64,000 nt of DNA, from NCBI GenBank assembly GCA_045863295.1, contig BTWA01000025.1, positions 29,230-93,229 of the forward strand. Reading direction: 5' to 3'. Source of the DNA: Candidatus Hydrogenedentota bacterium. Its GTDB lineage: Bacteria; Hydrogenedentota; Hydrogenedentia; Hydrogenedentales; SLHB01. A model generated the notes under the pieces. The model saw nothing but the letters and a program-made list of their open reading frames with translations, searched no databases and was not told where the DNA came from. Position numbers and translations under genes: made by a program. Shown piece after piece: positions 20,532 to 29,562 of this stretch; position 1 is the stretch's first letter; every line of letters starts with the position of its first letter.

Positions 20532-21862
20532 CCAAAGGCGCCATTCAGGATGCATTGGACACTGCCATCAAACTGGGGGCGGTCGAGGCCGAATTGGTGT
20601 GCCTGAAAAGTGAGTCGCTGGAAATTGAAGTGTGCGGGGGAGACGTGGAATCCCTTGCCGAAGCAGAGTCCATCGGCACCGGACTCCGTTTGTTCACACC
20701 GGACCGGAGAATGGGGTTTGCCTTCTGCAGCGATGTCAACGGTGGATTGACAGCGCTTACTGAATCTGCCTGGCAGAACGCGCTTGGGAACGATCCCGAT
20801 CCACATAACGGCCTGCACAAGGACGCCATCGAATCGTTTGACGACTGGACCGAGGAAGACTTCGCGGCTCGGCCGGTGGCTGAAAAAATCGATATTGCAC
20901 GGTCAATCGAAGCGGCCACCCTCGCCAGCGAACCCCGTGTGCGGGCAGTACAGCAAGCTTCCTACGGCGACATTCTTAACGATGTGACCATAGCCAACAC
21001 CCATGGACTCTTTCGCCGGTATCGTAGCGGTTACTGTTCGGCCTCCGTGGTGGCCGTGGCCGCAGGGGACACCGGCGATCCCGAGATGGGCTGGGAATTT
21101 GATTTTGCCCGCACGTTTGAGGCTCTACGCCCCAATTGGGTGGCCGATAGATGTGCGCAACGTGCCGTCCGCGGCTTGGGTGGGAAGCCATGTGCATCGT
21201 GTGTCATGCCCATCGTGCTTGAAAACTACGTAGCCATGCAGATTCTCGGTATTCTCTCCACATCGCTCGCCGCCGATGAAGTCTTGAAAGGCCGATCCAT
21301 GTTGGCCCACCGTGTGGGCGATGCCATTGCGTCCGAAGGGGTGTCTATCTACGATCAGAATGATCTGCCTGAAGGCATCAACAGGGCCCCATTTGACGGG
21401 GAAGGCGTTTCTGCGCAGCGGACTGTGCTCGTGGAAGACGGCCGTTTGGCTGGCTATCTGCACAGTGTTTACACAGCTACCCGGGTGCAGGGCCAAAGCA
21501 CCGCCAATGGCTCGCGAGGGGGGTTCAAATCCACTCCAGAAGTAAGCGCGTCGAACCTGTATCTCAACCCCGGAACTACGTCGTTGGAAGGCCTGCTGGA
21601 TACCGCTTCAGAAGGGTTTTATGTGACAGAGGCCATGGGGGTGCATACAGCTGATCCGGTCTCTGGCGACTTCAGTTTTGGGGCCGCCGGCTTACACATA
21701 GTAAACGGCCGCCTCGGCTCTCCTATTCGAGGTGTGACGATTGCGGGAAATGTCATCGACATTTTTAGTAAGATAGCGGGGATCGGTGACGATTTGCGGT
21801 TCTTCGGCGCGTGTGGCGCGCCTTCCCTGTTAATTTCAGACGTCATGGTGAGTGGAGAATAA
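20528..21862 (+). CDS. pmbA: TldD/PmbA family protein (PmbA/TldE-like, no HExxH)
   Basis: FDGEG, SGDFS and TIAGN motifs; no HExxGH metal site. Confidence 0.85.
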   Translation: MTKGAIQDALDTAIKLGAVEAELVCLKSESLEIEVCGGDVESLAEAESIGTGLRLFTPDRRMGFAFCSDVNGGLTALTESAWQNALGNDPDPHNGLHKDAIESFDDWTEEDFAARPVAEKIDIARSIEAATLASEPRVRAVQQASYGDILNDVTIANTHGLFRRYRSGYCSASVVAVAAGDTGDPEMGWEFDFARTFEALRPNWVADRCAQRAVRGLGGKPCASCVMPIVLENYVAMQILGILSTSLAADEVLKGRSMLAHRVGDAIASEGVSIYDQNDLPEGINRAPFDGEGVSAQRTVLVEDGRLAGYLHSVYTATRVQGQSTANGSRGGFKSTPEVSASNLYLNPGTTSLEGLLDTASEGFYVTEAMGVHTADPVSGDFSFGAAGLHIVNGRLGSPIRGVTIAGNVIDIFSKIAGIGDDLRFFGACGAPSLLISDVMVSGE

Positions 21863-22764
21863 TGGGCGGAGATCAAACGGAATTTCAGGCACTGTATGCC
21901 GTGTTGTCCATGTTTGCCTTCGTATTGGGCTGCATGGTGGGCAGTTTCTTGAACGTCTGCGTGTATAGGCTGCCCCGTGGGTTGTCTGTGGTCAAGCCTC
22001 GTTCGCGCTGTCCCAAATGCGAAAGCAGCATCGTATGGTACGACAACATCCCCGTTTTAAGTTGGCTCGTACTGGGCGCCAAATGTCGCAATTGCAAGAA
22101 TCCCATCAGTTGGCAGTATCCACTGGTTGAAGCGATTACTGGATTGTTGTTTTTTCTGGTGTTCTGGAAGTTTGAGATTTCCATAGCGACCCCGATCTAC
22201 ATGGTGCTTGCGGCTGCACTGGTTCTTGTGACTTTTGTGGACCTGACGGATTGGACCATACCTGATTCGGTTAGCCTGCCCGGCATTCCGATAGGTATTG
22301 TGGTTTCGCTCGTGGCGATGTTCTACCCCGAGAGTAGGCTCGTTGTGATTGGCCCGTTCGACCAGGCGGTATTTAATTCGCTGCTCGGCGTACTGGTGGG
22401 TGGCGGTAGTCTGTATGCGCTGGACAAAATCGCGTTGTTGCTCCTGAAGAAGCCCGGAATGGGCTTCGGCGACGTAAAGTTGAATGCCATGCTTGGCGCT
22501 TTCTTTGGGCTGGGCGGGGTCATATTGGTAATTGTGCTCGCGTCGTTTGTAGGCGCCTTAATTGGCATCATTCAGATGGTCGCATCCAAACCCAAGCCGG
22601 TGTCTGCCGAGGCGGGAGACGGCGAAGGTGCTGAAAGCGGCGAGCCCGGAGCTCATTACCTGCCATTCGGCCCGTATCTTTCCTTGGCAGCCATGTTGGT
22701 CATGTTTTTTGGTGCGGAGTTGGTCCGGATGTACTTCGACTTTCTACGGGGCCCGGCATACTGA
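21862..22764 (+). CDS. pilD: Type IV prepilin peptidase/N-methyltransferase (A24)
   Basis: GSFLNV, CPKC...CRNC zinc pairs, D in TFVD, GMGFGDVKL, PFGPYL. Confidence 0.92.
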   Translation: MGGDQTEFQALYAVLSMFAFVLGCMVGSFLNVCVYRLPRGLSVVKPRSRCPKCESSIVWYDNIPVLSWLVLGAKCRNCKNPISWQYPLVEAITGLLFFLVFWKFEISIATPIYMVLAAALVLVTFVDLTDWTIPDSVSLPGIPIGIVVSLVAMFYPESRLVVIGPFDQAVFNSLLGVLVGGGSLYALDKIALLLLKKPGMGFGDVKLNAMLGAFFGLGGVILVIVLASFVGALIGIIQMVASKPKPVSAEAGDGEGAESGEPGAHYLPFGPYLSLAAMLVMFFGAELVRMYFDFLRGPAY

Positions 22765-22931
22765 ACAGCCCGATTTTGGCGACTGCTACCACACGGTGCT
22801 TTGCCGCCCTGGTATGCATGAAAAGCTCAGTAAGGGCGTCATGCATAGTTCGAAACTGGGGCGCCGGTCCTGTCGAGTGGGTGCCCCAACAATCCAGGAA
22901 CAGGCGCAACGTGCAGCGCCGGGAGCATCGT

Positions 22932-23225
22932 ATGAGCAAGAAGCAGCATATCGAAGAGGAAATCGAGTATATCGATCGGCGACTCGCCAACGCGGAAAGC
23001 TACCTTGCCCAAGGCGTCAATATTGAAGGACAAGATGCGCTATTTCACTTAGACGATTGGTCGGGAAATTCCGGTCATCCACTGTGGATGAAGAACCACA
23101 TGATTCCCGTTACAGAACGCTATAAGGCCCGAAAGTTGAAGGCCTTGGAGTCTATTGACGCGAAGGACAAGGCAAAACGTATAGCGTTGCGAAAGAAGTC
23201 CTGTAACGACTTTTCACCCAAATGA
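22932..23225 (+). CDS. Hypothetical basic/helical protein (97 aa)
   Basis: GGGAG RBS before ATG 22932; plausible composition; fills the pilD-aroC gap. Confidence 0.6.
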   Translation: MSKKQHIEEEIEYIDRRLANAESYLAQGVNIEGQDALFHLDDWSGNSGHPLWMKNHMIPVTERYKARKLKALESIDAKDKAKRIALRKKSCNDFSPK

Positions 23226-23359
23226 AGTGGCCCGGACTTGGCCTTTCAAAAGAGATGGTGGTCCTCAGTTTTGTTGCGTAGTATACATTGCTCTCGGCGT
23301 CGGCATGAAGACACTGGGAGGCCATGTATGGGCCATTGGATTGCGTAGGAGCATCGAAC

Positions 23360-24535
23360 GTGTTGCGTTACTATTCTGCCGGCGAGTCTCACGGCCGCGG
23401 TATATTCTGTTTTTTGGACGGCATCCCCGCCGGGCTGGAACTTGAACCGGAAGACATCAATTTCTGGTTGGCGGAGCGTCAGAAAGGATACGGCCGCGGA
23501 GGGCGTCAACGCATTGAGAAAGACGAAGTCGATGTGTTGACGGGGATGCGCGGCGGAATAACCCTGGGCGGTCCGATAATCATGGCTGTCTGGAACCGCG
23601 ATTTCGAGAATTGGCGCAATGCCATGGATCCTTGGAAACCCTCCACCGGCGAGCGATCGGAGAAAATTGTCCGGCCGCGTCCCGGACATGCCGATCTGGT
23701 AGGCGCTATGAAGTACGGCCATGACGATTGCCGCAACGTCCTTGAACGGGCCTCGGCACGCGAGACGGCGGGGCGTGTTGCGGCAGGGGCTCTGTGCCGG
23801 AAGCTCTTGGCGGAATTTGGCGTTGGAATCGCCGCGCACGTGACTCAAATCGGATCGGTAATCGCAGACAGCGACACGATTCCATCCGAAAAAATACATG
23901 AGCTGTCCATGAATTCGGAAGTGCGCTGTTGTGACGCGGCCGTGGAAGCTTCAATGGTCGCGGAAATCAAGAAGGCAAAACAGGCCAAGGACACATTGGG
24001 CGGTGTAGTGGAAGTCCGCGCTTGGGGTCTTGCTCCGGGTCTGGGCACGTATACCCAATGGGATCGAAAACTGGATGCTCAAATCGCCGAAATGATGATG
24101 AGTATACAAGCAGTGAAAGGGGTGGAAATTGGCTTGGGATTCCGCGGCGCGGAACGTTTTGGCAGTGCATTCCACGACGAAATCGTCTGGTCTGACGAGG
24201 TCCGGACGGGGGGGCACTACCGCCGCACGACGAACAACCTCGGGGGCACGGAAGGCAGCATGTCCACCGGCGAGGATTTGGTGGTTCGGGTAGTGAAGAA
24301 GCCCATTTCAACGTTGATGAAACCTCTGCGGAGCGTGGACATGGTTTCCCATGAGGGCGTCGAGGCGGTATACGAACGCAGCGACACTTGTGCTGTACCG
24401 GCCTTGGCCATTATTGTCGAAGCGTCGCTGGCAATCGTACTGGCCGGGTTATACTGTGAGAAGTTCGGCGGAGACACCGTCGACGAGATGAAGCGCAATT
24501 TCGAAGGTTACGTCGCGTACATCAACTCAAGGTGA
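23360..24535 (+). CDS. aroC: Chorismate synthase
   Basis: GESHG, RPGHAD, RASARETA and RSD motifs; GTG start after AGGAG. Confidence 0.97.
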   Translation: MLRYYSAGESHGRGIFCFLDGIPAGLELEPEDINFWLAERQKGYGRGGRQRIEKDEVDVLTGMRGGITLGGPIIMAVWNRDFENWRNAMDPWKPSTGERSEKIVRPRPGHADLVGAMKYGHDDCRNVLERASARETAGRVAAGALCRKLLAEFGVGIAAHVTQIGSVIADSDTIPSEKIHELSMNSEVRCCDAAVEASMVAEIKKAKQAKDTLGGVVEVRAWGLAPGLGTYTQWDRKLDAQIAEMMMSIQAVKGVEIGLGFRGAERFGSAFHDEIVWSDEVRTGGHYRRTTNNLGGTEGSMSTGEDLVVRVVKKPISTLMKPLRSVDMVSHEGVEAVYERSDTCAVPALAIIVEASLAIVLAGLYCEKFGGDTVDEMKRNFEGYVAYINSR

Positions 24536-24539
24536 TACC

Positions 24540-25640
24540 ATGGCTGTCGTTGTGGAAATGGCCGGTCTAATCCGCCTTAACGAAATCTATATGGAGCGAG
24601 TTTGGGGTGGGTCCAAACTAAAGTCCCTGTTGGGCAAACCGGTTCCGCAAGGCCCTCCCGTTGGAGAAGCATGGATCGTATCCGACCACGCCACTGCCGT
24701 GAGCAGCGTGGTCAGCGGCCCGTTGAAAGGATACTCGCTCCACGAACTGCTGACCAACGATCCCAAGTCGCTGCTAGGGTACCACGCCAAACCGACGCCT
24801 TTTGGCCGTTTTCCACTCTTGTTGAAACTGTTGGACACGGCGGAATGGCTGTCCATCCAGGTGCATCCCGACGACCAAACGGCAGTTCGCCTTGGCGAGT
24901 TGGACGTCGGCAAGACCGAAATGTGGTACATCATGAATGCGGACCCGGGAAGCCGTATTCTCTGCGGCATGAATCCTACACTGACGGCCCAATCGCTGCC
25001 AACCGAGTGCGCGAACGGCGCCATTCAATCTCAATTGAAATCCGTGCCGGTGACAGCGGGTGATGCCGTTTTTGTGCCGGCGGGTCACATGCATTCCATT
25101 GGTGGTGGGGTTCTTCTGGCGGAGATTCAACAAAACAGCGACCTCACCTACCGGGTTTATGACTGGGGCCGGGAAGGCGACGACGGCAAGCCACGTCCAC
25201 TGCATATCGACAAAGCCTTGGAGGCGACTCGATTTGGTGCCGAGCACCCGGGTCTTGCCATTCCACTTGCGTTGAGATTTGACCATGGCCAACGGGCCAT
25301 TTTGGGGGCTTGCCGGTATTTCGCAACAGAAAAGGTGGATGTCTCGGGTACGTATGTGCGCGATACGCGGAATGCTTCTTTTCACATTTTGCTTGGCCTG
25401 TCGCGTGAGTTGACTGTGACAGCTGGTGGCGATGACGCTCTTTTGCGACGGGGCGAAGCACTTTTGATACCCGGTTGTATGGCCGAATTCCGAGCCAATG
25501 GGACCGGATCGTTTCTGGATTATTATGTACCCGACTTGCTGGTGGATGTAGTTGAGCCTTTGAGACGGATGGGGTACCGCGATTCCTTGATGGTCGGTTT
25601 GGGTGGCGACCCGGTTCACAGCGATGTGGCTTTACTGTAG
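24540..25640 (+). CDS. manA: Type I phosphomannose isomerase (cupin)
   Basis: WGG, FPLLLK, LSIQVHP, GKTEMWY, H.IG and EIQQNSDLTYRVYDW motifs. Confidence 0.9.
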   Translation: MAVVVEMAGLIRLNEIYMERVWGGSKLKSLLGKPVPQGPPVGEAWIVSDHATAVSSVVSGPLKGYSLHELLTNDPKSLLGYHAKPTPFGRFPLLLKLLDTAEWLSIQVHPDDQTAVRLGELDVGKTEMWYIMNADPGSRILCGMNPTLTAQSLPTECANGAIQSQLKSVPVTAGDAVFVPAGHMHSIGGGVLLAEIQQNSDLTYRVYDWGREGDDGKPRPLHIDKALEATRFGAEHPGLAIPLALRFDHGQRAILGACRYFATEKVDVSGTYVRDTRNASFHILLGLSRELTVTAGGDDALLRRGEALLIPGCMAEFRANGTGSFLDYYVPDLLVDVVEPLRRMGYRDSLMVGLGGDPVHSDVALL

Positions 25641-25762
25641 ATTTTGTTCCATTTTGGACCTGTTTGTGATCGTTAAGTTTCTGTTAGCCACCTAAGAGAC
25701 AATCAAGGTAACCTGTCCGCCAGTTAACACACACCTTGCTCGGGTCTTTGTTAAGGACAGGC

Positions 25763-26353
25763 ATGCACGTAGAAGATGCACAGCTCGTACAGCGTTGCCT
25801 TGAGGGAGACACGGACGCTTTCGGAAAGCTGGTCGAGTCTTACCAAGGTGCCGTATTCGCCACGGCGTATTATTACGCCGGGCGGTACGGTGCGGCGGAG
25901 GATATCGCCCAGGATGCCTTTCTGGAAGCTTACCGTAACCTTCGAAATCTGCGCGACCCGAACCGGTTCGGCCCGTGGCTCAAAGAGTTGACGTGCCGGA
26001 CGTCGGCGAATTGGTTGCGCAAACATGGCAAGCGGCTGCAGAACGAAACGCCGCTGCCATATCGAAGGACGATTTCGATTGAAGATGCTCGGCTCGGCCC
26101 GGAACAGCTCAGCGAGCGCAATGAAAAAATTGAACGCATCAATCGCGCCATAGACGCACTGCCCGAACGGTACCGGTTGCCGGTTGTGCTTCGGTACCTT
26201 CAGGAACTCAGTTACCACGAAATAAGCGAGTTCACGGGTGAATCGAAAGATGAAATACGTGGCGTGCTGGAACGGGCGAGCCGGCTGATGCGTGACATTC
26301 TCGAAGGACGCAGTTCAGAGGAGCAGGACACGTGGCGTCGTGTACGCGAATAA
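25763..26353 (+). CDS. ECF RNA polymerase sigma factor
   Basis: Sigma2 (GD..AF..L, AEDIAQDAFL, F..WL) and sigma4 (LPERYR..LRY..LSY.EI) regions. Confidence 0.92.
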   Translation: MHVEDAQLVQRCLEGDTDAFGKLVESYQGAVFATAYYYAGRYGAAEDIAQDAFLEAYRNLRNLRDPNRFGPWLKELTCRTSANWLRKHGKRLQNETPLPYRRTISIEDARLGPEQLSERNEKIERINRAIDALPERYRLPVVLRYLQELSYHEISEFTGESKDEIRGVLERASRLMRDILEGRSSEEQDTWRRVRE

Positions 26354-27600
26354 AGGGTTTGCTGCAAGCGTATATCGACGGTGAGCTCTCTCATTCCGAT
26401 CGAGTTATCGTCGAGTTGCACGTTTCAGAATGCGGAGCATGCGGAGAAGAATTCCGCGAACGCCAGCGCATGTCCGCATTGATATTCGAAGCCATGTCGG
26501 AAGATCGGCTGTCGCGAAATCTTCGCCAGACCGTACTCGAGAATCTGCCGGAAATCCAACCGGTCGCAAGGGACATTCAAGAGTACAATTGGCGGGTAAA
26601 GCATTCGCATGATCGATGGCGTAGGGTCGCTCGCTATTCGCCGGCGGTGGCCGTGGTCTTCCTGCTTCTTATAGCCGTGATTTTGAACTCGTACTGGCCC
26701 CGTGAAGCTGTCCCAAGCGATGCGATAGGACTGCTCACGGGCGTCAGGGGAGTTGCGGATCGCGTGGCCGAATCGCAGCGTGCTTCAGTGCGTGACTCGG
26801 TGCGCCGGAACGACGAGTTCTCTACGGCCGCCAGAAGTAGCCTTGTCATGCGCCTCCTGGGATCCACCGAAGTCAAACTTTCGGCAGAAGGCCGGATGCG
26901 GGTGATCAATTCTCGTCATCTGCACGTCGAGGAGGGGACCATCTGGTTGGATGTGTCGCCCTCGGGGCGGCTCTTCAAAGTCAGCACACCTTCGGGTGAA
27001 GTGAACGTATTCGGGACGATGTTTTCGGTCGCGGTCAAACCGGACAATACCGTGGTTACCGTTGAACGAGGGGAAGTGCACGTGGCCCAGGGCGATCACT
27101 TCACGATCCTGGAGTTGGGCCAACAGGCGCACATGTCCAAGGGGGGTGGCATTCGCAAGACAGACGTAAATGCGCACGATGCCCATTCTTGGGCTCATGC
27201 GTTGGAAGCCGATGCCTCCGCGGACCTACTGTTTGCCAGCAAGATGCAGAACCGAGTAGCGCCTTTCGATGAGCCGGAGGCGAGGCCGTACACATGGGAA
27301 ATGCACTTGGCCGGATCGGGGGCCAAGGCGGTTACGGGAATGGTCTTGAACTGGCGGCCGGACGGATTAACCACAGGCCATTGCAGCTACGATCTGTATG
27401 TGACAGACGAGAAGAACAACCCACTGTTCAAGTGCAAAGTGAATGGCGCCATCTTTCGTAATCCCGAACGCAGTTCATTTAACGTCGAGTTGCCGAACGG
27501 CCGGATTGAAGGCGTACGTTGGATTCAAATTCGCCTAATCCCCGACTACAGCACTGGACAGGTTGAGATGGATAGTTTCACCATATTGCTTCAAACCTAG
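26332..27600 (+). CDS. Anti-sigma factor with zf-HC2 (ZAS) N-terminus, TM helix and FecR-like domain
   Basis: HVSECGAC (HxxxCxxC) motif, one TM helix, FecR-like 'F.V.TP.GEV.V.GT.FSV...V.V.RGEV'; overlaps the sigma gene. Confidence 0.82.
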   Translation: MASCTRIKGLLQAYIDGELSHSDRVIVELHVSECGACGEEFRERQRMSALIFEAMSEDRLSRNLRQTVLENLPEIQPVARDIQEYNWRVKHSHDRWRRVARYSPAVAVVFLLLIAVILNSYWPREAVPSDAIGLLTGVRGVADRVAESQRASVRDSVRRNDEFSTAARSSLVMRLLGSTEVKLSAEGRMRVINSRHLHVEEGTIWLDVSPSGRLFKVSTPSGEVNVFGTMFSVAVKPDNTVVTVERGEVHVAQGDHFTILELGQQAHMSKGGGIRKTDVNAHDAHSWAHALEADASADLLFASKMQNRVAPFDEPEARPYTWEMHLAGSGAKAVTGMVLNWRPDGLTTGHCSYDLYVTDEKNNPLFKCKVNGAIFRNPERSSFNVELPNGRIEGVRWIQIRLIPDYSTGQVEMDSFTILLQT

Positions 27601-27799
27601 TGCGTTTGAGATTCGTCCAAAAAGTTGAATGCGGCCTCATATCGGAGGGGTAGGTACGTGAAGCTTTTGCACACGACGTCTACCTTAAGACACTCCTTCC
27701 CCAAGAGTAACTGCAGCCAGGAGGTTTCGCCTGCCTGCTCCTCCGATCCAATCAATATTCGTCCGGGAACACATTGAGATGGATGAAGAGGAGAACGGC

Positions 27800-27840
27800 A
27801 AAAAAAAAGAGACAGTAGCCGTCGGGGTCGACTACTGTCC
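27800..27840 (-). terminator. Intrinsic terminator of the candidate sRNA
   Basis: Minus strand GGACAGUAGUCG-ACCCCGA-CGGCUACUGUCU-C-U9. Confidence 0.8.
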
Positions 27841-27906
27841 GCCAGTACAAAAACGGCCTTCAGGGAAAATCAGCTGCTCGGAAACTGATTCGCCAACCGT
27901 CCTTGC
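27800..27906 (-). ncRNA. Candidate small RNA (~107 nt), family not recognised
   Basis: Bounded by its own promoter (TTGCGC-N17-TACAAT, extended TG) and an intrinsic terminator (12-bp stem + U9); folds into a long 5' hairpin; no ORF inside and no minus-strand gene downstream. Confidence 0.6.
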
Positions 27907-27912
27907 AACCGA

Positions 27913-27941
27913 ATTGTAACACTCGATCCCGATTTGCGCAA
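27913..27941 (-). promoter_or_regulatory. Sigma70-type promoter of the candidate sRNA
   Basis: Minus strand TTGCGC (27941-27936), 17-bp spacer, TGt-TACAAT (27918-27913). Confidence 0.65.
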
Positions 27942-27978
27942 ACGTAGATTTCGTAAGGATGTCCATAATTGTTTGTTT

Positions 27979-28000
27979 GTTCGTGAAATCGGTCACATTT
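27979..28000. promoter_or_regulatory. CRP/FNR-family-like binding site
   Basis: Minus strand AAATGTGA-CCGATT-TCACG matches AAATGTGA-N6-TCACA with one mismatch. Confidence 0.55.
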
Positions 28001-28154
28001 GTTTCGTGTTCTACTTGAAAATCCAATTCCCTCCCATAGAACTAGGGTTTGTAAGTCCTTCATCCGTACCCAATAACGGTAATTGTCGCATCCTCCTGCT
28101 GCGAAAGGGTGCTGCTTGTTTCCCTGCACAGCTTGGGTTAATCTATGCGGATCT

Positions 28155-29417
28155 ATGTCTGACCATAAATTACATCCGCAAGCATGGGTAGCATTTGGAA
28201 TTACGGGTCTTTTCGGGGCTGCGGAAGCGCTGTGTTCCATTTTCGTCAGTGTTTACCTTTGGGTGAACAGTCACGATCTAAATGTGATTTGCCGGTTCCA
28301 TCTTGCCGTATTCGCCGTCACGCCCGTATTTTTCGTAATCTCGGGGTGGTATGCCCAGGCGAAAGACCGGCTGCAGGTCTACCGGTTTGGATTGGTCCTA
28401 CACGCGATCTATTACGGCATCATGTTGTGGCTTCAAGAGCGGGCATCGGACCACGACATCCTGCTGGGTTCTCTGTTGGGAGTTGCCTGGGGCGTGTTTT
28501 ATGCCGGCAACAACACGATTCACTATGACGTGACGTCGTCTGGCCGGCGCGAATACTATTACGGCATTTTGAGTGCAGTGAGCAATTTTTCGCGTCTGGT
28601 TGCCCCACCCGTTGGGGGTATCATTATTGCATACGCCCCCCAAAAGCTTCAGGGGTACCACCGGCTCTTCATGGTCGTCATTGTACTTTACTTGATGGCG
28701 TATGTGCTGAGCTTTCTGTTGCCGTCGGATCGCCAACAACGTCCATTTCACATCAAGAAGGCCTTGTTTCCACCGAAGAAACACAAGGATTGGCGTAACC
28801 TTCTCTACGCCGCGTTTACACTGGCTGGATCCTATTATGTTCTCGCATTCATGATTGGTTTACTGATGTACATGGAGACGGAGAAGGAAGTCTCCGTCGG
28901 AGGTTTTGCTTCCTTTCAGGCTTTGATAGCCATCGCGGTTTCGTATGGCCTCGGCTGGATCATGAAGCCTTTACATCGTAGACGCTACCTGTGTTGGTCC
29001 GCATGGCTGCTAACGGCCGGCGGCTTGCTCTTCTTTCTGCCGGTTACATCCGGCATTTTGATTGCATTCGGTATTATCCATGCAGTTTCCACGGCCATGT
29101 TCGACATTCCCCATTTCAGCCTGCGTGTCGAGGTTATTCAAGACACCGTTGACGATCCCACGCAACGGATCGAGTACTTGTGTGCCTGGGAGATTCCACT
29201 TGCGATTGGCCGTGTTGTCATGATGTTTTGCATGCTCGGACTCTCAAATTGGATCGCCGGCAGCGATTGGGGCGTTCGAATTACGTTGTTTATTCTCTGC
29301 GCGCTGCGCGTCTTGACGTATTTTTATTTGGCGCGCACTACACAATTGCAACGGCCTGGGCCATTGCTGCCGGAACCGGTCGCCGAATTGGAGGCAAAAA
29401 CGCCAACAGGCACCTGA
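28155..29417 (+). CDS. MFS transporter
   Basis: About 12 hydrophobic segments in two halves; start at MSDHKL. Confidence 0.8.
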   Translation: MSDHKLHPQAWVAFGITGLFGAAEALCSIFVSVYLWVNSHDLNVICRFHLAVFAVTPVFFVISGWYAQAKDRLQVYRFGLVLHAIYYGIMLWLQERASDHDILLGSLLGVAWGVFYAGNNTIHYDVTSSGRREYYYGILSAVSNFSRLVAPPVGGIIIAYAPQKLQGYHRLFMVVIVLYLMAYVLSFLLPSDRQQRPFHIKKALFPPKKHKDWRNLLYAAFTLAGSYYVLAFMIGLLMYMETEKEVSVGGFASFQALIAIAVSYGLGWIMKPLHRRRYLCWSAWLLTAGGLLFFLPVTSGILIAFGIIHAVSTAMFDIPHFSLRVEVIQDTVDDPTQRIEYLCAWEIPLAIGRVVMMFCMLGLSNWIAGSDWGVRITLFILCALRVLTYFYLARTTQLQRPGPLLPEPVAELEAKTPTGT

Positions 29418-29562
29418 CTCTTTCATCCGCGGCTTGTTTCGCGATCGGATTGCGGAAGTCGACGATTGGAATCAATGCACCAGCTTTTCGCGTCTTCGGT
29501 CCTTGATCCGCACATTCGCTAGTTGTTACAGTCCGATACTGGGTAGCGGGGGAGAAGCGATC

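Noticed and set aside
27658..27777. 39-codon + strand ORF (GTG) with a GGAGGGG RBS next to the candidate sRNA, considered as a type I toxin
   Set aside because: The peptide is hydrophilic with no TM helix and does not overlap the sRNA; nothing else supports coding.
27800..27906. Candidate sRNA considered as SRP RNA, 6S RNA or a riboswitch
   Set aside because: It lacks the SRP helix-8 GNRA loop with CAGG/AGCAG geometry, is too short for 6S, and has no downstream minus-strand gene to regulate.
27832..28240. ORF-track ORFs of 64-126 aa in the intergenic gap
   Set aside because: No RBS or recognisable motifs; they cross the promoter/terminator elements or overlap the MFS gene.
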